A stretch of DNA of 64,000 nucleotides from positions 28,644,001 to 28,708,000 of the forward strand of contig CM060732.1 in assembly GCA_030704615.1 (NCBI GenBank), written 5' to 3'. This document shows positions 50,801-63,205 of the stretch, piece by piece (within the stretch, counting starts at the first letter, position 1; each line of letters starts with the position of its first letter). The stretch comes from Takakia lepidozioides (lineage: Eukaryota; Plantae; Bryophyta). The notes beneath the pieces are model-generated. The model was not told the origin of the DNA, searched no databases, and saw only the letters and a program-made list of their open reading frames with translations. Position numbers and translations under genes: made by a program.

Positions 50801-53286
50801 GGTTGCCTTGGCTCAGTTTGCCTTGTACACCACTCAGCTTGGCCAATTTCATGTTGCCTTGGAGGAAGGAGAGAGTGAGAGTCTGGGAGACTACATGGAT
50901 ACATGGAAGATGACTCATTTCAATGAGTTGTTTCATAGAGAGTTCTCATTGCCAAAGGGGCCATTCAGAGGCAATGATTGGGAACAACAAACAGGTGGGG
51001 AGAAGGTGGTGAGACGGATTTTATTCAGGTACCATCTTTCCATTGCATTGTACATGGATAGTGTATACACCTTGTAAGTCAAAAATGTCTATGCTTCAAG
51101 TATTTTTCTAGTACATTGGGATATACATGTTTCTTAATGTGCTTGTTCAATTGTTGAACAGGTTGCATAAATATTTGTCTCCACAATAACTTTGAATGTG
51201 TTTGTATTTTAGGTACATGAGATTTGTGCTTGTACCGAGTGATCGACTTAAGGCTGAGCCCAAGTTTCTGATGGCCTGGAAGTTTGGTGCTCAACAAGCT
51301 TCCATGTACACACCTGCAATTGAGGAAGATTGGGGTGTGGAACACCGGGAAGGGGGGGGGGTTGGTATTTGGATATGCCCAAGGGTACTATCCCCTATGC
51401 AGAAATGGGACTTCATAAGGAATGTGTTCGTAGGCAGTCAGTGAGTGATGAAGGGGGTATCTCCACTGAAGTCCCTGTTCTTGATCTGGAGCATGCAGAA
51501 TAGATTGCTACACAGGCCGTTGTAGCCCAAGTGGTCCCTGCCGTTGTGGCTGTACCAAAACGCAAATCACGAAAAAGAAAAGGTGCGGATGTCAATGCAG
51601 GTGCGGCCCCCAATGCAGGTATGGCTTCTATTGCTAGTCCTATTGGTAGTTCTTCACATCCTTCAAATCAGTTGGTTGTAGTGCCTGCACCTACTACTCG
51701 AGGAAACAAGCCAAAGACAGGCGAACATCCTTACAGTGCAATGTCATTTTCTGGTGGTGCACCTAGCATGTATCGCATGAAGATCATGCCTACTCATTTC
51801 ATTGATATGGTGGAGGCCTCAAGTACATCTCCTGATGCGACCTTGAAAGAGCTCATGGAGTTCTTAAAAAATGTGAGTTTCCCTCAACAAACAAACTTGA
51901 ATGTAAGGAATTCTTCGATGTTTTTATATCCTCATCATCCGGCTATTGACTCCTACATTTTCTGTATGTTGTTTGCAGTTGCCAGGAACTTAGTCTAGTG
52001 TTGTGGATGGAAAAAGCGTACCTATGGCTGTGGACATGATCATCGTGGACTGCCCAACAGGAATGCCTGTACATGGCTGTTTGGATGGTGTACAGGTTCC
52101 TCCCTGGAATGCTTTTGATAAACGGTATTGGGAGTATGCATTCTCCATTGCTAATGACCTATTGGATGACAATGGATGCTTGGTGTTCTTGCAGGGCTCC
52201 GATGATTCCTTTGCATTGGAGCTCTTTTCTTACTCCAGGGGCAGCTCTATTTCCGTATTATCAAGGAAATATACTTGCATCAATACCACCCCTCTACACA
52301 CTCGGACAAGAAAGGGAAAAATCATCTCTCTTCAATATCTCATTGTTTGATGTTTCATCTTCCTACTCTCATACATATTATTAAACCATCCGGGTGCACT
52401 GTTTTTGTGGAAATGACACGTCTAACAGACCATGTTCTTCCACGCCCATGTCCTCACCAAGCAAGGATGACTATTCAAACTGTGTGAGTTTGGCAAAGTT
52501 GTGGACCCCCTTGCAGACCCTGTTGAGTTGGATGCCATCTACAATCACATTCTAGATGTTGCACTACCCATGCAAACTCCTCAACAAGCCTGGAGGGGTG
52601 CGCGAGACCGTAGTCCCGCCTTCATGCAAGTGTTGTTGGAGACATGCTCACCTCCTGGCTCCCGCATTTTGGATCTCACAGCTGGCATAGGTTTGCATTG
52701 GTCTCCATTTTGTAATTAAAATTTTCTTGCCCGCGAGTCTAGACGTCACGTATTTGTTCTTGAGAGGGACCAGACCTTGTATGCAGCACGTCTCTCTGCA
52801 CTTCAAAATACTCAACCCGTTTTGGTTTCATCTGTGGTAACTCCAACCATTCAACGTCCTGTGAGTTTGTTGGAACCCCCCGCTCCTCTAAGGTGGCGCG
52901 CAAGCTTGGTCTTCATCTTGGCAGTACTTCCTAGTGAGTATGTCTCACCTCCATTCCCTTTGTTGCAATCTCTATATTATTTGCAAAGCAAACCATTCCC
53001 ATTTGATTTGTTAACATAAATATACATGTATGTGTGATGCAGTGATGGGATTGTGCGGACCATCTACGATAGTCTACCCCAAAGTCCTCTTTCATCGTTT
53101 TATCTACCTTCGTATGCCAAGTCCCAAGCTTTGCATTCAATACATCAACAACGTGATGTAGGTCTTTCCAATGATCTGTTGTTTGACCGAAGAGCAGCTA
53201 TTGTTGGACAATCCGTGGATATGTTGCGTAGAGTTGAGGCTTTCATGGATGTGTATGCCTCTGAATCACATGCTACACACGGATGA
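47859..53286 (+). pseudogene. ParB/Srx-like plus MTase-like fusion gene, divergent copy 3 (degenerate)
   Basis: Putative exon 1 at 47859-47936 (MGRKKDTQ...TEK, then gtaag) is in phase with the exon starting 49281. Motifs IPLCRMISMQVVRPALANDI...FHVWDGNHRLQAW, DMIIVDCPTG and RSPAFMQVLLETCSPPGSRILDLTAGIG. Stops and frameshifts are present. Confidence 0.8.
48020..49065. repeat. Array with palindromic core (TAT[G/C])CGCCGGCG(CATA) in predicted intron 1 of copy 3
   Basis: Cores near 48030, 48102, 48295, 48421, 48705, 48780, 48955 and 49051, within longer degenerate repeats. Confidence 0.85.
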
Positions 53287-56200
53287 TGAAGTATCAGCTA
53301 ATGATGTTATGTAGATAATTAGAAATTACATATACAATACATTGTCCTCATTGTCAGTCCGAATTTTTTGTTATTTTTTATGATACATGTATTTCTCTCT
53401 AGTGTAAGGTAAAACAAACGGGGCAAATGACATGGTGTTGAAATCAGATTTCATGTTATCTTCCTGTCATTTGATTTATCTATGTAATAGTTTGTACATA
53501 GATCTCTACTGCATTTCATAGATCCCTTTACCTGAATGCAAGTTCGACATGCACTTCAGCACTATCAAATTTCATCATTAGTAAGATCAACCCTTATGAG
53601 TATTGTGGCATGTTATGTACACACAGGGTGACTATCTTTATCTCATTAGTGTTTCAAGTCTGAATGGGTAGTGTAGTGGTATGAACTAGGCTTGATACCC
53701 GATAGGTTGTGGGTTCTATCTCTGATGGACATTATGTTTTTGTAAAATAAAAATGTTTCAGAAGATAGATATATAGATACTGCAAAACCTATGTAACAAG
53801 CTCCCTAGCATTGTCAAGCTCCCTAGCATTCCCTTAGCATTGCTCCATTCTGAACTTCAAACTAGACTCCCACCATTGGAAGAGCCCGTACCTTCACCAT
53901 TTGTATCTAACAAGGAGCCATGCCTCGTCACTTTTTAATTTTTCGACCTTTTTTCTCATGTTGGAAAGCCATAAAAGCAACATGTTCCTCTCCCATTCCT
54001 ACACTCACCCATGTGGAATAATAATACAATGAATATGGAATATTCTATATATAATATTCTTATTCCATCCTTTGATATTTTGATTATGGACCCAAAGATT
54101 AGATGAATCACAATTTTATTTTTATTTTTTTGGGTACCCTTATTTAAGTGTTGTGCATATAAAATTGTTCCTATGCATATCTAAAATTTGTATGCACGCA
54201 TACATTCCTCCATGTGCATGCATTTGTGTGCGCATATAGTATAGGCTACCTCCGGTTTGCTGTAGCAGCTTCACCCTGATTCTTCCCCTCTTGTCAGCGT
54301 CTGGGACAAGTAACTTAACTCTAGCTCGCCTAGCTAGCCAGTCCATGGGAAGCTTTCGATCCTCACCATTGAAGATGAGTGCAAGATGGGTGGCAAAGAT
54401 GCGAGATCCAAAAACCTCAGTTGGATTCTGGTATAATACCAACAAATGTCGAGCAGATCACTTTAGGATTGTCGCTGCAAGATTGGAACCTGAAAAAGAA
54501 TATACAAACCCTAGTTTGTCGTAGGGAGCCGCATGAGAGAGCTGAAGATAGCGAAGGAGAAAACTGAGAAGAGAGCCATTGGCGGAAGTCATCCCCCCCA
54601 AACCCTAAATCTTCGGAGCTTGCCCGGACTGCCCGATTCTTGAAATTCTTGAAGTTCCTGAACTGCAGGAGCTATGCGTTTTCCACCATCGTTCACCTTG
54701 CAAGCTTCAAGCTCTCAACAGTCTCACTGCTCAATGCAAACTGTGGCTTTTCCCTCATTGGATCGGCTTCGGTTTTGCTGCAAAGGCACAACAATCGCAA
54801 GGTGTGGCTTTTTCTTAATGTACGATGTGAAGAAGTTTGTCTAGTTCGTAGATTGATCTCCTTGCAGTGCATTCTTTAGTTGGCGGAGGAAGTAGGAGTG
54901 CTGATGAGTGCTTAATGCATTGTGCCCTATCTTTTTGTTTGTCATCTAAGTCCAAAAGGCATGGTTTTGTGGAGTTTTTAAGTAAAGATCTTTTTGTTTG
55001 TTTTCTAGGTTTGACAGTTGTGCTAGCAAATGGATAGATTTTGCAACATGTAAGTTCTTAATCGTTTCATGTGAGAGGACGTGCAACCATATCTCCCGAG
55101 GTTTTTATACTATTGACTGTCGTATGATCTCTGCGATAGTTGAATCATGGGCCAATGCCATATTGAATGCTTATTGAATGCATCAAAATCCTTCAGATTT
55201 TGGGAGCGCATTTGCACAAGCACTGGCCGGTTTGATGCGGATACAATGTGAAGAATAGGTAAGTGTGAGGATGTGACAGCCAGATTTATGTCATGGACTC
55301 ACGTGAACTGACACAATGTGGAACTGTGGTTTGTTTACATTTTTGTTCTTCATCATATGCGATTGACTGGCAAATTAATCATTAGTCATGGCTGAAAACT
55401 CAAATTTTCTACGTTGCGGCTACCAAAGTTTTAATCTTGTTAATAACATGCTTCTAATAAACATTCAATCAATCTTACTGAGGATGAGCCCTAGGATGCC
55501 TAAGTGCTTTAGGGTCTCAGCCAACTTTGACCGTGTCCAGAAGGAGCAAATTTGACTCAATTGAGCTGAAGTTTTTTGTGGTGAGCACTGTGATAAATTT
55601 TTGTGAATTTGTTCATAAATTTTGGATCAGATTTACTATTCTTTTCAGGCCCTGAGGCCATGTTGGGCAGATTGGAGGGGGCCAATGGGAGGATGCCAAC
55701 TAGGGGACTGGGCAGCCACATTGCCTGTTTGGGGACTGGGGGACTGGGCTGCGAGGCTTGCTAATGGGCAAAATTTCCAAAAGAAGGTGGAATAAAATAG
55801 ATAAGTATCCTTAGTTCTAATCCATGGAGTATAAGTTACTTGATCATTGCTTTGTGAAGCCTTAAAACAAGCCTGAGGCATATACTTCTTTCCTCTCAAG
55901 AAGCGAAGTTGCACAACAAAGGGGCGAGCGGAAATAGCAAGCAGCGCGCAAGAGGAGGATCAAACACACGAATCAGACACTAAGCAGCTCTCATCCAAAA
56001 ACTTGTACACCAAAATCACATATACACTCACACCCGAGTACACCGCCCTGACCTTGCGTCAGGGCGCCGTCTTTATACAAAAGCCCTAACCGTAGTGGCC
56101 CGCCGCGTGGCGAGGCATAATAGGCCCAAGCCCACGGTGCTGCCTTGCAGCCCTAGATCTAATGAAGGGCCAAGATCAAGCCACCAGCCTAAACTAACCC

Positions 56201-56412
56201 TAACCTAAACATCATTGTAACGGATTAACGACTTTATACGCCAAAAAAATATACTATGAATGTGTATCGCTGTTTTGGATGAAACGGGTTATTTCCAGGC
56301 ATAAGCAAGTATGGGGCTTTACATCTGTGAAGCCTACCCCCCATGAAAAATCCTGAGCTCCGCGAAGGAAAACAAATAATGAAAAATATCACCCTCCACT
56401 GCTGGGTGAAAA

Positions 56413-56796
56413 ACCTACCAAGGGAAAACCTGGCACTTGCAAGTTGGGCCGAGGACAAAACCCCTGGCTAGGAAAACCGTACAGGGAGTACAAATGGTGA
56501 GATGTCATAAAATGTTCTAAGTCCTAGAGAGGCCAAGTCCGAGGACCTCAAGAGGCATCAGCCGCAAACTAAGACTAAGCCGCTGAGAAGAGAAGTGAAG
56601 GAAGCTGAAGTATATTGCTAAGAAGATCAAGACATCACCCCACCGTGCACCTACCAAGGGAAAACCTGGCACTTGCAAGTTGGGCCGAGGACAAAACCCC
56701 TGGCTAGGAAAACGTGCAGGGAGTACAAATGGTGAGATGTCATAGAATGTTCTAAGTCCTAGAGAGGCCAAGTCTGAGGACCTCAAGAGACATCAG
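56413..56796. repeat. ~148-bp direct repeat pair (56413-56561 and 56649-56796)
   Basis: ACCTACCAAGGGAAAACCTGG...CATCAG occurs twice, with an ~87-bp spacer. Confidence 0.9.
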
Positions 56797-57091
56797 TAGG
56801 GTTGAACCTAACTAATAGGGGGAGGGTAGCTCCATCTGGGCAGGTTACCAGATTGTGAAGTCCACCGAGAACCTGACCTGACTCTTGGTGTTTCTCAAGA
56901 AACTATAGGGCTTGAAAAAAAAGACTGTGGCTCCGCGCCAAGGTTAAGTATATATACATATCTACTGTTGCCACCCCAGGGCCCATGAGAGCAGAACGGG
57001 TTATTCTAATTACATTATGAAGATCCACAGAATATGCTATAGCGAAACAAAAGGAACAAATAAAAATTGCAAGGATTTGTGACATTGGCAG

Positions 57092-57270
57092 CAGTGTTTT
57101 TAAATCTGGCGAAAAATTGCCAGATTTCGACCTGGAAAATGGGTCGGTTACTTTTATAAATGAATTATGGGAGTAAAAATCAAAAAGTTCGCCAGAAAGC
57201 GCCACTAGTTAAATATCAGGAGCTAGAATTTTCCTACGTGGACATGTTAGAATGTAATACCTGTCCACAT
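57092..57270 (+). mobile_element. Truncated hAT-type MITE (same family as 62727-63008, inverted)
   Basis: Starts CAGTGTT; reverse-complement similarity to 62850-63008. Confidence 0.75.
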
Positions 57271-57295
57271 GGGTTTAATTTCTATAGTCAAAATT

Positions 57296-57976
57296 GCTTC
57301 TCATTTAACAATAATAGGGTCATGAATGCCCGCACACGTGGTTGCGGCGGGGCCGCGTGTGGCAGAGGGTGGGAGCGCCCCTACCCAGATCCCGCCAATC
57401 CCCGCCCAGTCTGCTGGGGCCCACAAAACACATGAGCTAGTCTGCTGGGGCCACAATATACACATAAAACATTAGTTATTGCATGAGTAGTAGAAAGCAG
57501 TGGGTAGTGTGGTGGTTAAGAGCAACGAATGATAAACATGAGGTTTGGAGTTCAAATCTTGTTAGGTTGTACTATGGCAGTAATGTGTGTTACTAATTAT
57601 ATATTTTGTGGAAGGGTCTGCCGCCTGCCGGTCTACTGGAGGGTCCAAGCCGGTCTGCCGGAGGTGCCATAGGGGGGTATGCTTGGAAAGTCTGCCGGTC
57701 TGCCCAGTCTGCTGGAGAGGTGCCAGTCCGCTCGTCAGTCTGCAGGAGAGTCTGCCTGCCTGTCCGCTAGAAGGTTGGAGTCGGCCGTTGGAGGGTTTGT
57801 TGGAGGGTCTGCCCAGTCTGTTAGAAGGTCCGCCACAATACAAGAACAAGGACTTACAAAAATTTCAGAATCTCACCCACCCGCTTAATGGGCGGTGGGC
57901 TTATGAGCTCACCCCAAGGGTCGTACTGGCGGGGCCCGCCTGTGCATTCATGACCCTATTATTAAAGAATGAGAGC
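57296..57976. mobile_element. Mutator-type MITE with 10-bp TSD
   Basis: Imperfect ~33-bp TIRs (GCTTCTCATTT..AATAATAGGGTCATGAATGC and GCATTCATGACCCTATTATT..AATGAGAGC). AGTCAAAATT at 57286-57295 and 57977-57986. Confidence 0.85.
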
Positions 57977-58141
57977 AGTCAAAATTTCTACGACTGGCCC
58001 ACTATATATGGGCAGTATTCCTGGATGCCAGATATGGACTGCCAAGTGTGCAGGGGTACGTGGCAGGCCCAAAACCTGCTGAACTCATTTTTTGTCACTG
58101 CAGGGTTAATCCCCTTCCTCCGAGATGCAGTAACTGATCAC

Positions 58142-58217
58142 AAACCCTAAGCCATGCGAGAGCTGTGAAGCAGGAAAGGGAGACGGAGAGACAGATGGGG
58201 TTTAGGGTTTAGGGTTT
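58142..58217. promoter_or_regulatory. Telo-box cluster upstream of the helicase ATG, with site-II-like GGCCCA motifs at ~57996 and ~58067
   Basis: AAACCCTAA (58142-58150) and TTTAGGGTTTAGGGTTT (58201-58217); typical of plant ribosome-biogenesis genes. Confidence 0.7.
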
Positions 58218-58243
58218 AAAGGGAGAGCCAGTCTGCAGGCATC

Positions 58244-61200
58244 ATGTTCCAAGTGCTGCGATGGCAGGGCCCCGACCCCTCGGGGCTACACAGGCCGGCC
58301 GTCACACTCGAGGAGCTTAATGCCAGGGCACGGGAGCGAGCTGCTGCGCGTGGGCGGCGTGCTGCTTGTTTTCTTCGGCAGACGACAAACGAAATAGTCC
58401 CAATGTTTGATTCTTCTATTGAAGATAATGAGAGAGTTGCATCACCGGCTGCTATGGTTACTGAAGGGGAGGTTACTTTGTCCAGAGTGGTGGATCAACC
58501 TGGTGAAGATGATGAGCCGGGGGCATGGAGAGAAGTTATGGTTATTGAAGAAGAAGTTTTACCGTCTACAGTGGTGGACCAACGTACCGTTGATGAGGGA
58601 GTTGCGTTACCAGAAGCTATGGTATCGGCAGGGGTTGTTCCGCAGGTGCCGAAAACAAAGGGACCGCCAGTACTTCCATGGATGCGGAGTCCTGCGGTAA
58701 TTAGTGCGCATGCTGTCCAACCTGTCAGCCACGTCCCCTGTTTGGATATGAGGTAGGAGTCTGCCTCTGTTTTCACTTCGTTGCACTGTCAGTGTCAAAT
58801 TGGCCGGAAGATTCTCTCAATTCTTATACAGCAAGCAGGATGAGTTTAGTTGGGGGCTTTGGGCAGAGCGTTGCTTGAAGGTCCACATTTGCTTGCCTTC
58901 CCACAATGACGAATCTCTTCATAAGTGAACCTGTACCCAAACGAGTAGTAGTGTCTGTCAGCAACCTCCAAATAAGAACCAAGACGAACATGAACTTTGT
59001 CTTTGGCGTTAATCCATAAGGACACCGAGAATCCGGTGGATCAATCTTAAGGTATGTCCGATCCATGCAGGCTACAAGATGCGCTGTGCAGAGCTGGAAT
59101 AGAGGCCCTCTTTCCTGTCCAAATGACAGTTTGGCACCACCTGATGGGGTCGGATGGCACTGAACGGGACTTGTGCGTCTGTTCACCCACTGGCAGTGGC
59201 AAGACTCTTGCCTATGCGTTACCCATTGTGCAAATGCTGTCTACTCGAGTTCTCCGCCGTCTGCGAGCTCTAGTGGTTCTTCCAACGCGAGACCTTGCCA
59301 TGCAGGTCTCATCCTTTATTTTGCTCCTGAAATTCGCACAATACAACGGTCCAAATTCTTGCATGATCTGGCATCCATGCAGATCGATCCTTGCCCATAG
59401 CTTATGGCTGGAGTGCACCAAAACCATGTATACCCTAGCGGGTTCTAATTATGCTACAAAATTGTGTGAGAAAGAAAGAATTATATTATGGCCCAGAGGA
59501 CCCAAGGGACAAAGAGCTGTAGACACTGTTTCGGAAGGAACCATAGAACTAGCCAGAGTGACAGGAATGTCTGAAGAGGGAAGAAAGTAACTTTTTCTTC
59601 CATGTAAGGCATCTGACTAGAGAGAGAAAGAATTATACTGCCCACCGGAGGCCTGTGAGAGGGGGAGAAGAGAGAGAGAGAGGGGGGGGGGCTAGGTGGG
59701 GTTGGGAACAGAGGATCTGAAGTATGGGGCAGGTGCATTGCAGGTGAAGGCAGTGTTTGATACCATAGCCCCAGCAGTGGGCCTGTCTGTTGGGCTTGCA
59801 GTGGGGCAGTCCTCAGTTGCTGCAGAGGCTGAGGAACTTGTGAAGCTTAAGACAAAGATGGTCCATAGCTTTGGGCCGTTTGAATCTCGAGACATCAACA
59901 GGGCAAGTACCGGAAGCAGTGTGGATATTCTGGTGGCAACCCCAGGCCGTTTGATGGATCACCTTCGAAGCACCAAGGGCTTCACACTACAACATCTGCA
60001 GTACCTGGTAAGTGGTTCCACACCATAAAGTGAGGACTTAGGCCAATCCAACTTGTGAGTGTTCCTCACCATGGATACGTTATATTGAGATCACTGAACC
60101 ATATTGTGTGCGTATACTGTGTTCGTATTCTTGCTGCAGCAATCTGAACATGGAAGAAAAACACATGTATCTGTGCATGTCTCATTGGGATGCACAGATT
60201 TTGAAAGTAGACGAGCATAAATTTAAAGCCGCACACATTCTGCACAGTAAGAGGTTCTTGGTGGACTCATTCTTGCAATTTTTTTTTTCCTGTCTTGACT
60301 TCAACATAACCAATCTCTAATGTCAAAGTTAAGGGTGTCCTATGCTGTCGATTGCATTCAATCCAATGTGTTTGCGGAATGAAGGGGTACGCCTATTTGG
60401 CTGTTCCTTCAACACCCTCTGGTGGGGCAGTTGTGTCCCACATTTGATCACAACCACCTCAAGAAGGCTAAGATTGTGCTTCACATGGGAGCCTGTATTA
60501 TGCGAGTGAGATATGGACAACACATACTCTACTCTGGATCTGGAATTAATCTACACTTGTATGGATGTAACTCCTGATCGTTTGTGCTATGATTGGGGCT
60601 TTGTAAATTTGCAGACAGTATTGTAGCTTCTGCTGACAATGTATGGAGCAGCAGTTTTTGTTATGTTGGTTACAAGCTTAGTGTAATGGGTGCAGGTTGT
60701 GGATGAAACGGATAGGCTGCTGCGACAGGCATATCAAGACTGGCTCCCAAATGTGCTGAAAGTTGTTCGAGCTCCCAAACATGGTGATGAAGACATGAGG
60801 GTACTAGACAGGTTACATAGCTCCTACCACGTGGTTACTCGCAGACGCTGGTAAGGTTTGGGGCTCAGTTCTTTTCAAAACAGTAAGATTTTGGAAATGT
60901 TTTTCCACCTTAGCAATCAATCAATCACCTGTACATTGCTTACATTCTCCTGAAGTATGGTGAAGACATGTTTGGATCCTTTGCATTGTGGCATGCTATG
61001 CTGCCACACTGTGCTGCTTGGGCTCTTCAACTGTGAGGTATTGGGGGACCCAAGGTGGCCTGGCACGGATTATCTCCTTCCATCTGAGCACGCAGTGATA
61101 AATGATGGAGAAGTGACTCTACAAACCCAGTGACCACAATGTCCATCAACTGTTTTGACAAAGCACAGACCCCAGAAAGGCAGACAAGTATGGTTTCCTC

Positions 61201-63205
61201 TGACTTCCACTGAGGCCAACTGACCTAAGGATCAATGAGCTAAGGAACAAGCCAATGACAATCACAGGACTTACCTTTGACTACCTTCCACCTGTTCATG
61301 ATTTCTTTCTAGCTTTGAAAGACGATAAGATGGCCATGACAGGTGCTTGGAGCGGGGGATCAAAGGAAGGGTCCATCCAAGAGTGATGAAACTGGTACTA
61401 TCCGCGACATTGACACGGGATCCAGCCAAAATTGCGCAGCTGGACCTTTACTGCCCCATGTACATTGCTCCTAGTGCAGCTGAGAACCGTTATCAGCTAC
61501 CCGAACACCTTCAATCCTTTACACTGGTAAGGACAGTGTGATGTATATTGATGTATCGAAGGAGTCTAGATATCATGCAAAGAGTTGCACTAAATAGGTA
61601 AGGTGCTTTCATCTCTGCAGAATGTTTTCAAATGGGGTTGAATCGAGTCCCGTTTTCTATAGAGTCTTGCACTGGTGGGGTGGGACACACTAAGCTTTGC
61701 CAGCTGGCTCGAACAAATGAGAGAGACAGAATGTACTCAGTAGACTTTGCTTGACTCAGCCTTCTGGCTACAGAGTGTCTGCCTGGTTTGGAAAAGTAGA
61801 AGGAAAGAAAAATAGAAAGAATGTTGGGTTGCTTCTGCAGGTGTGTAAGAGCAAGAAGAAGCTGTTGTATCTGGTGGCCCTCTTGCAACAGTTGGGAACC
61901 CAGCAAACCATTATTTTCACGGCATCAGTAGAGGCTACGCATCGGCTCTTCCTATTTTTAAGCTGTTTTTATGAGGGTGAGGCACGCCGGTTCACCGAGT
62001 ATTCAAGTATGCAGCTTCAGATTGATCGGAGGTTTGTATCTGTCACACTGTTGCTTTTGTACTAAAATATTCTGCAACAGAGAGAGTCTTAAAAGTTGAA
62101 TCCATGCTGGACCTGGTCGAGTGGATTGAAGATTGGAGGTTGCTATATGACAGCAAGCACATGTGCATTTTGTGGAAGAAGAGTATCTGCAGTGGAGTGA
62201 CGAAAATCTATGTAAGAAGGTGGAGTAGAGACTAGGGTTCCTCACTTGGTGTTGTATGATGCAGGAAGAGTCTGCTGGAGTTCATGGCAGGTACAGTGCA
62301 AGTGCTCGTGGCATCAGATGCAATGACTAGGGGCATGGATGTTGAGGGTGTTGCTAATGTGATCAACTATGATGTGCCCGTGTATGTGAAGACCTATGTC
62401 CATCGTGTTGGGCGCACTGCACGGGCTGGGCATGCAGGCTGCGCTTTTACCCTGCTCCTTAAGAGGGAGGTTTGTTTCTCCATATCTCACTTCAACAAAT
62501 TGTTGTATGAGATGAACTTTTGAAGAGGTCAAGCAGACCAGTGAGTTCAGGAAGTAAGTACAGGATTATAATACTACAGCGTTGACTCTTCTTTCAGTTA
62601 GGAAAATCAAAAGTCAAATAATGAGCACATTTTTTGTAACCTTTTATGCAATTCAGTGTGATTGGCAGTACCAGCTGATGTCAGTATAATATCCTGGATT
62701 AAATTCCAGAGGATCTAGGATGTCATCAGTGTTTTTTTTTCACTTTTCCAAAATCGCCACAAAGGCCACATGTAAATTTTACCTAGCGCCCATGTGGCAA
62801 GAGTAACGAGGTGGCAGGATTAGAAAAGAGGCTATATAACAGGTGTCGCATTTTAACAGGTCCACGGAGGAAAAATCTGGCTCCTGATGTTTAACCATTG
62901 GCGCTTTCTGGCGAATTTTTGGATTTTTACTCCCATAATTCATTTGTGAAAGTAGCCGACCCATCTTCCAGGTCGAAATCTGACGATTTTTTGCCAGATT
63001 TAACACTGGATGTCATAGTTTCTTTTGGCATGGGATAGTCATTCTGTACACTCTGTGTGCATCTGGCACTGACGAATTATGTGACTCAAATGCCAGGTCC
63101 GCCATTTTAAAAAGGAGCTGCTGAGCAAGATAGAGGATAGCAGCTGTAAAGCCTACGAATTGCCTTCCTCAGTCATTGAGGAGCTCCTGCCACGCTACAC
63201 TTCAG
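58244..63205 (+). CDS. RH1: DEAD-box RNA helicase, DDX51/Dbp6/plant RH1-like. Exons 58244-58752, 59071-59305, 59744-60007, 60696-60850, 61343-61526, 61841-62031, 62265-62469 and 63097-63205; 3' end not located
   Basis: [14 protein letters not shown] (Q motif), SPTGSGKT (I), PTRDLA (Ia), TPGRL (Ib), DETD (II), SAT (III), TRGMD (V) and [12 protein letters not shown] (VI); GT-AG junctions. Confidence 0.93.
62727..63008. mobile_element. hAT-type MITE in a helicase intron
   Basis: TIR CAGTGTT...AACACTG; 8-bp TSD GATGTCAT at 62719-62726 and 63009-63016. Confidence 0.92.

Noticed and set aside
47420-54006. GAGTGTA...TACACTC as termini of the copy-3 element
   Set aside because: Only 7 bp of inverted match and no flanking TSD.
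54140-55260. Possible small gene (ORFs 54140-54445 and 54640-54879; telo-box at ~54600)
   Set aside because: No recognisable domain or consistent exon chain; cannot be supported without transcript data.
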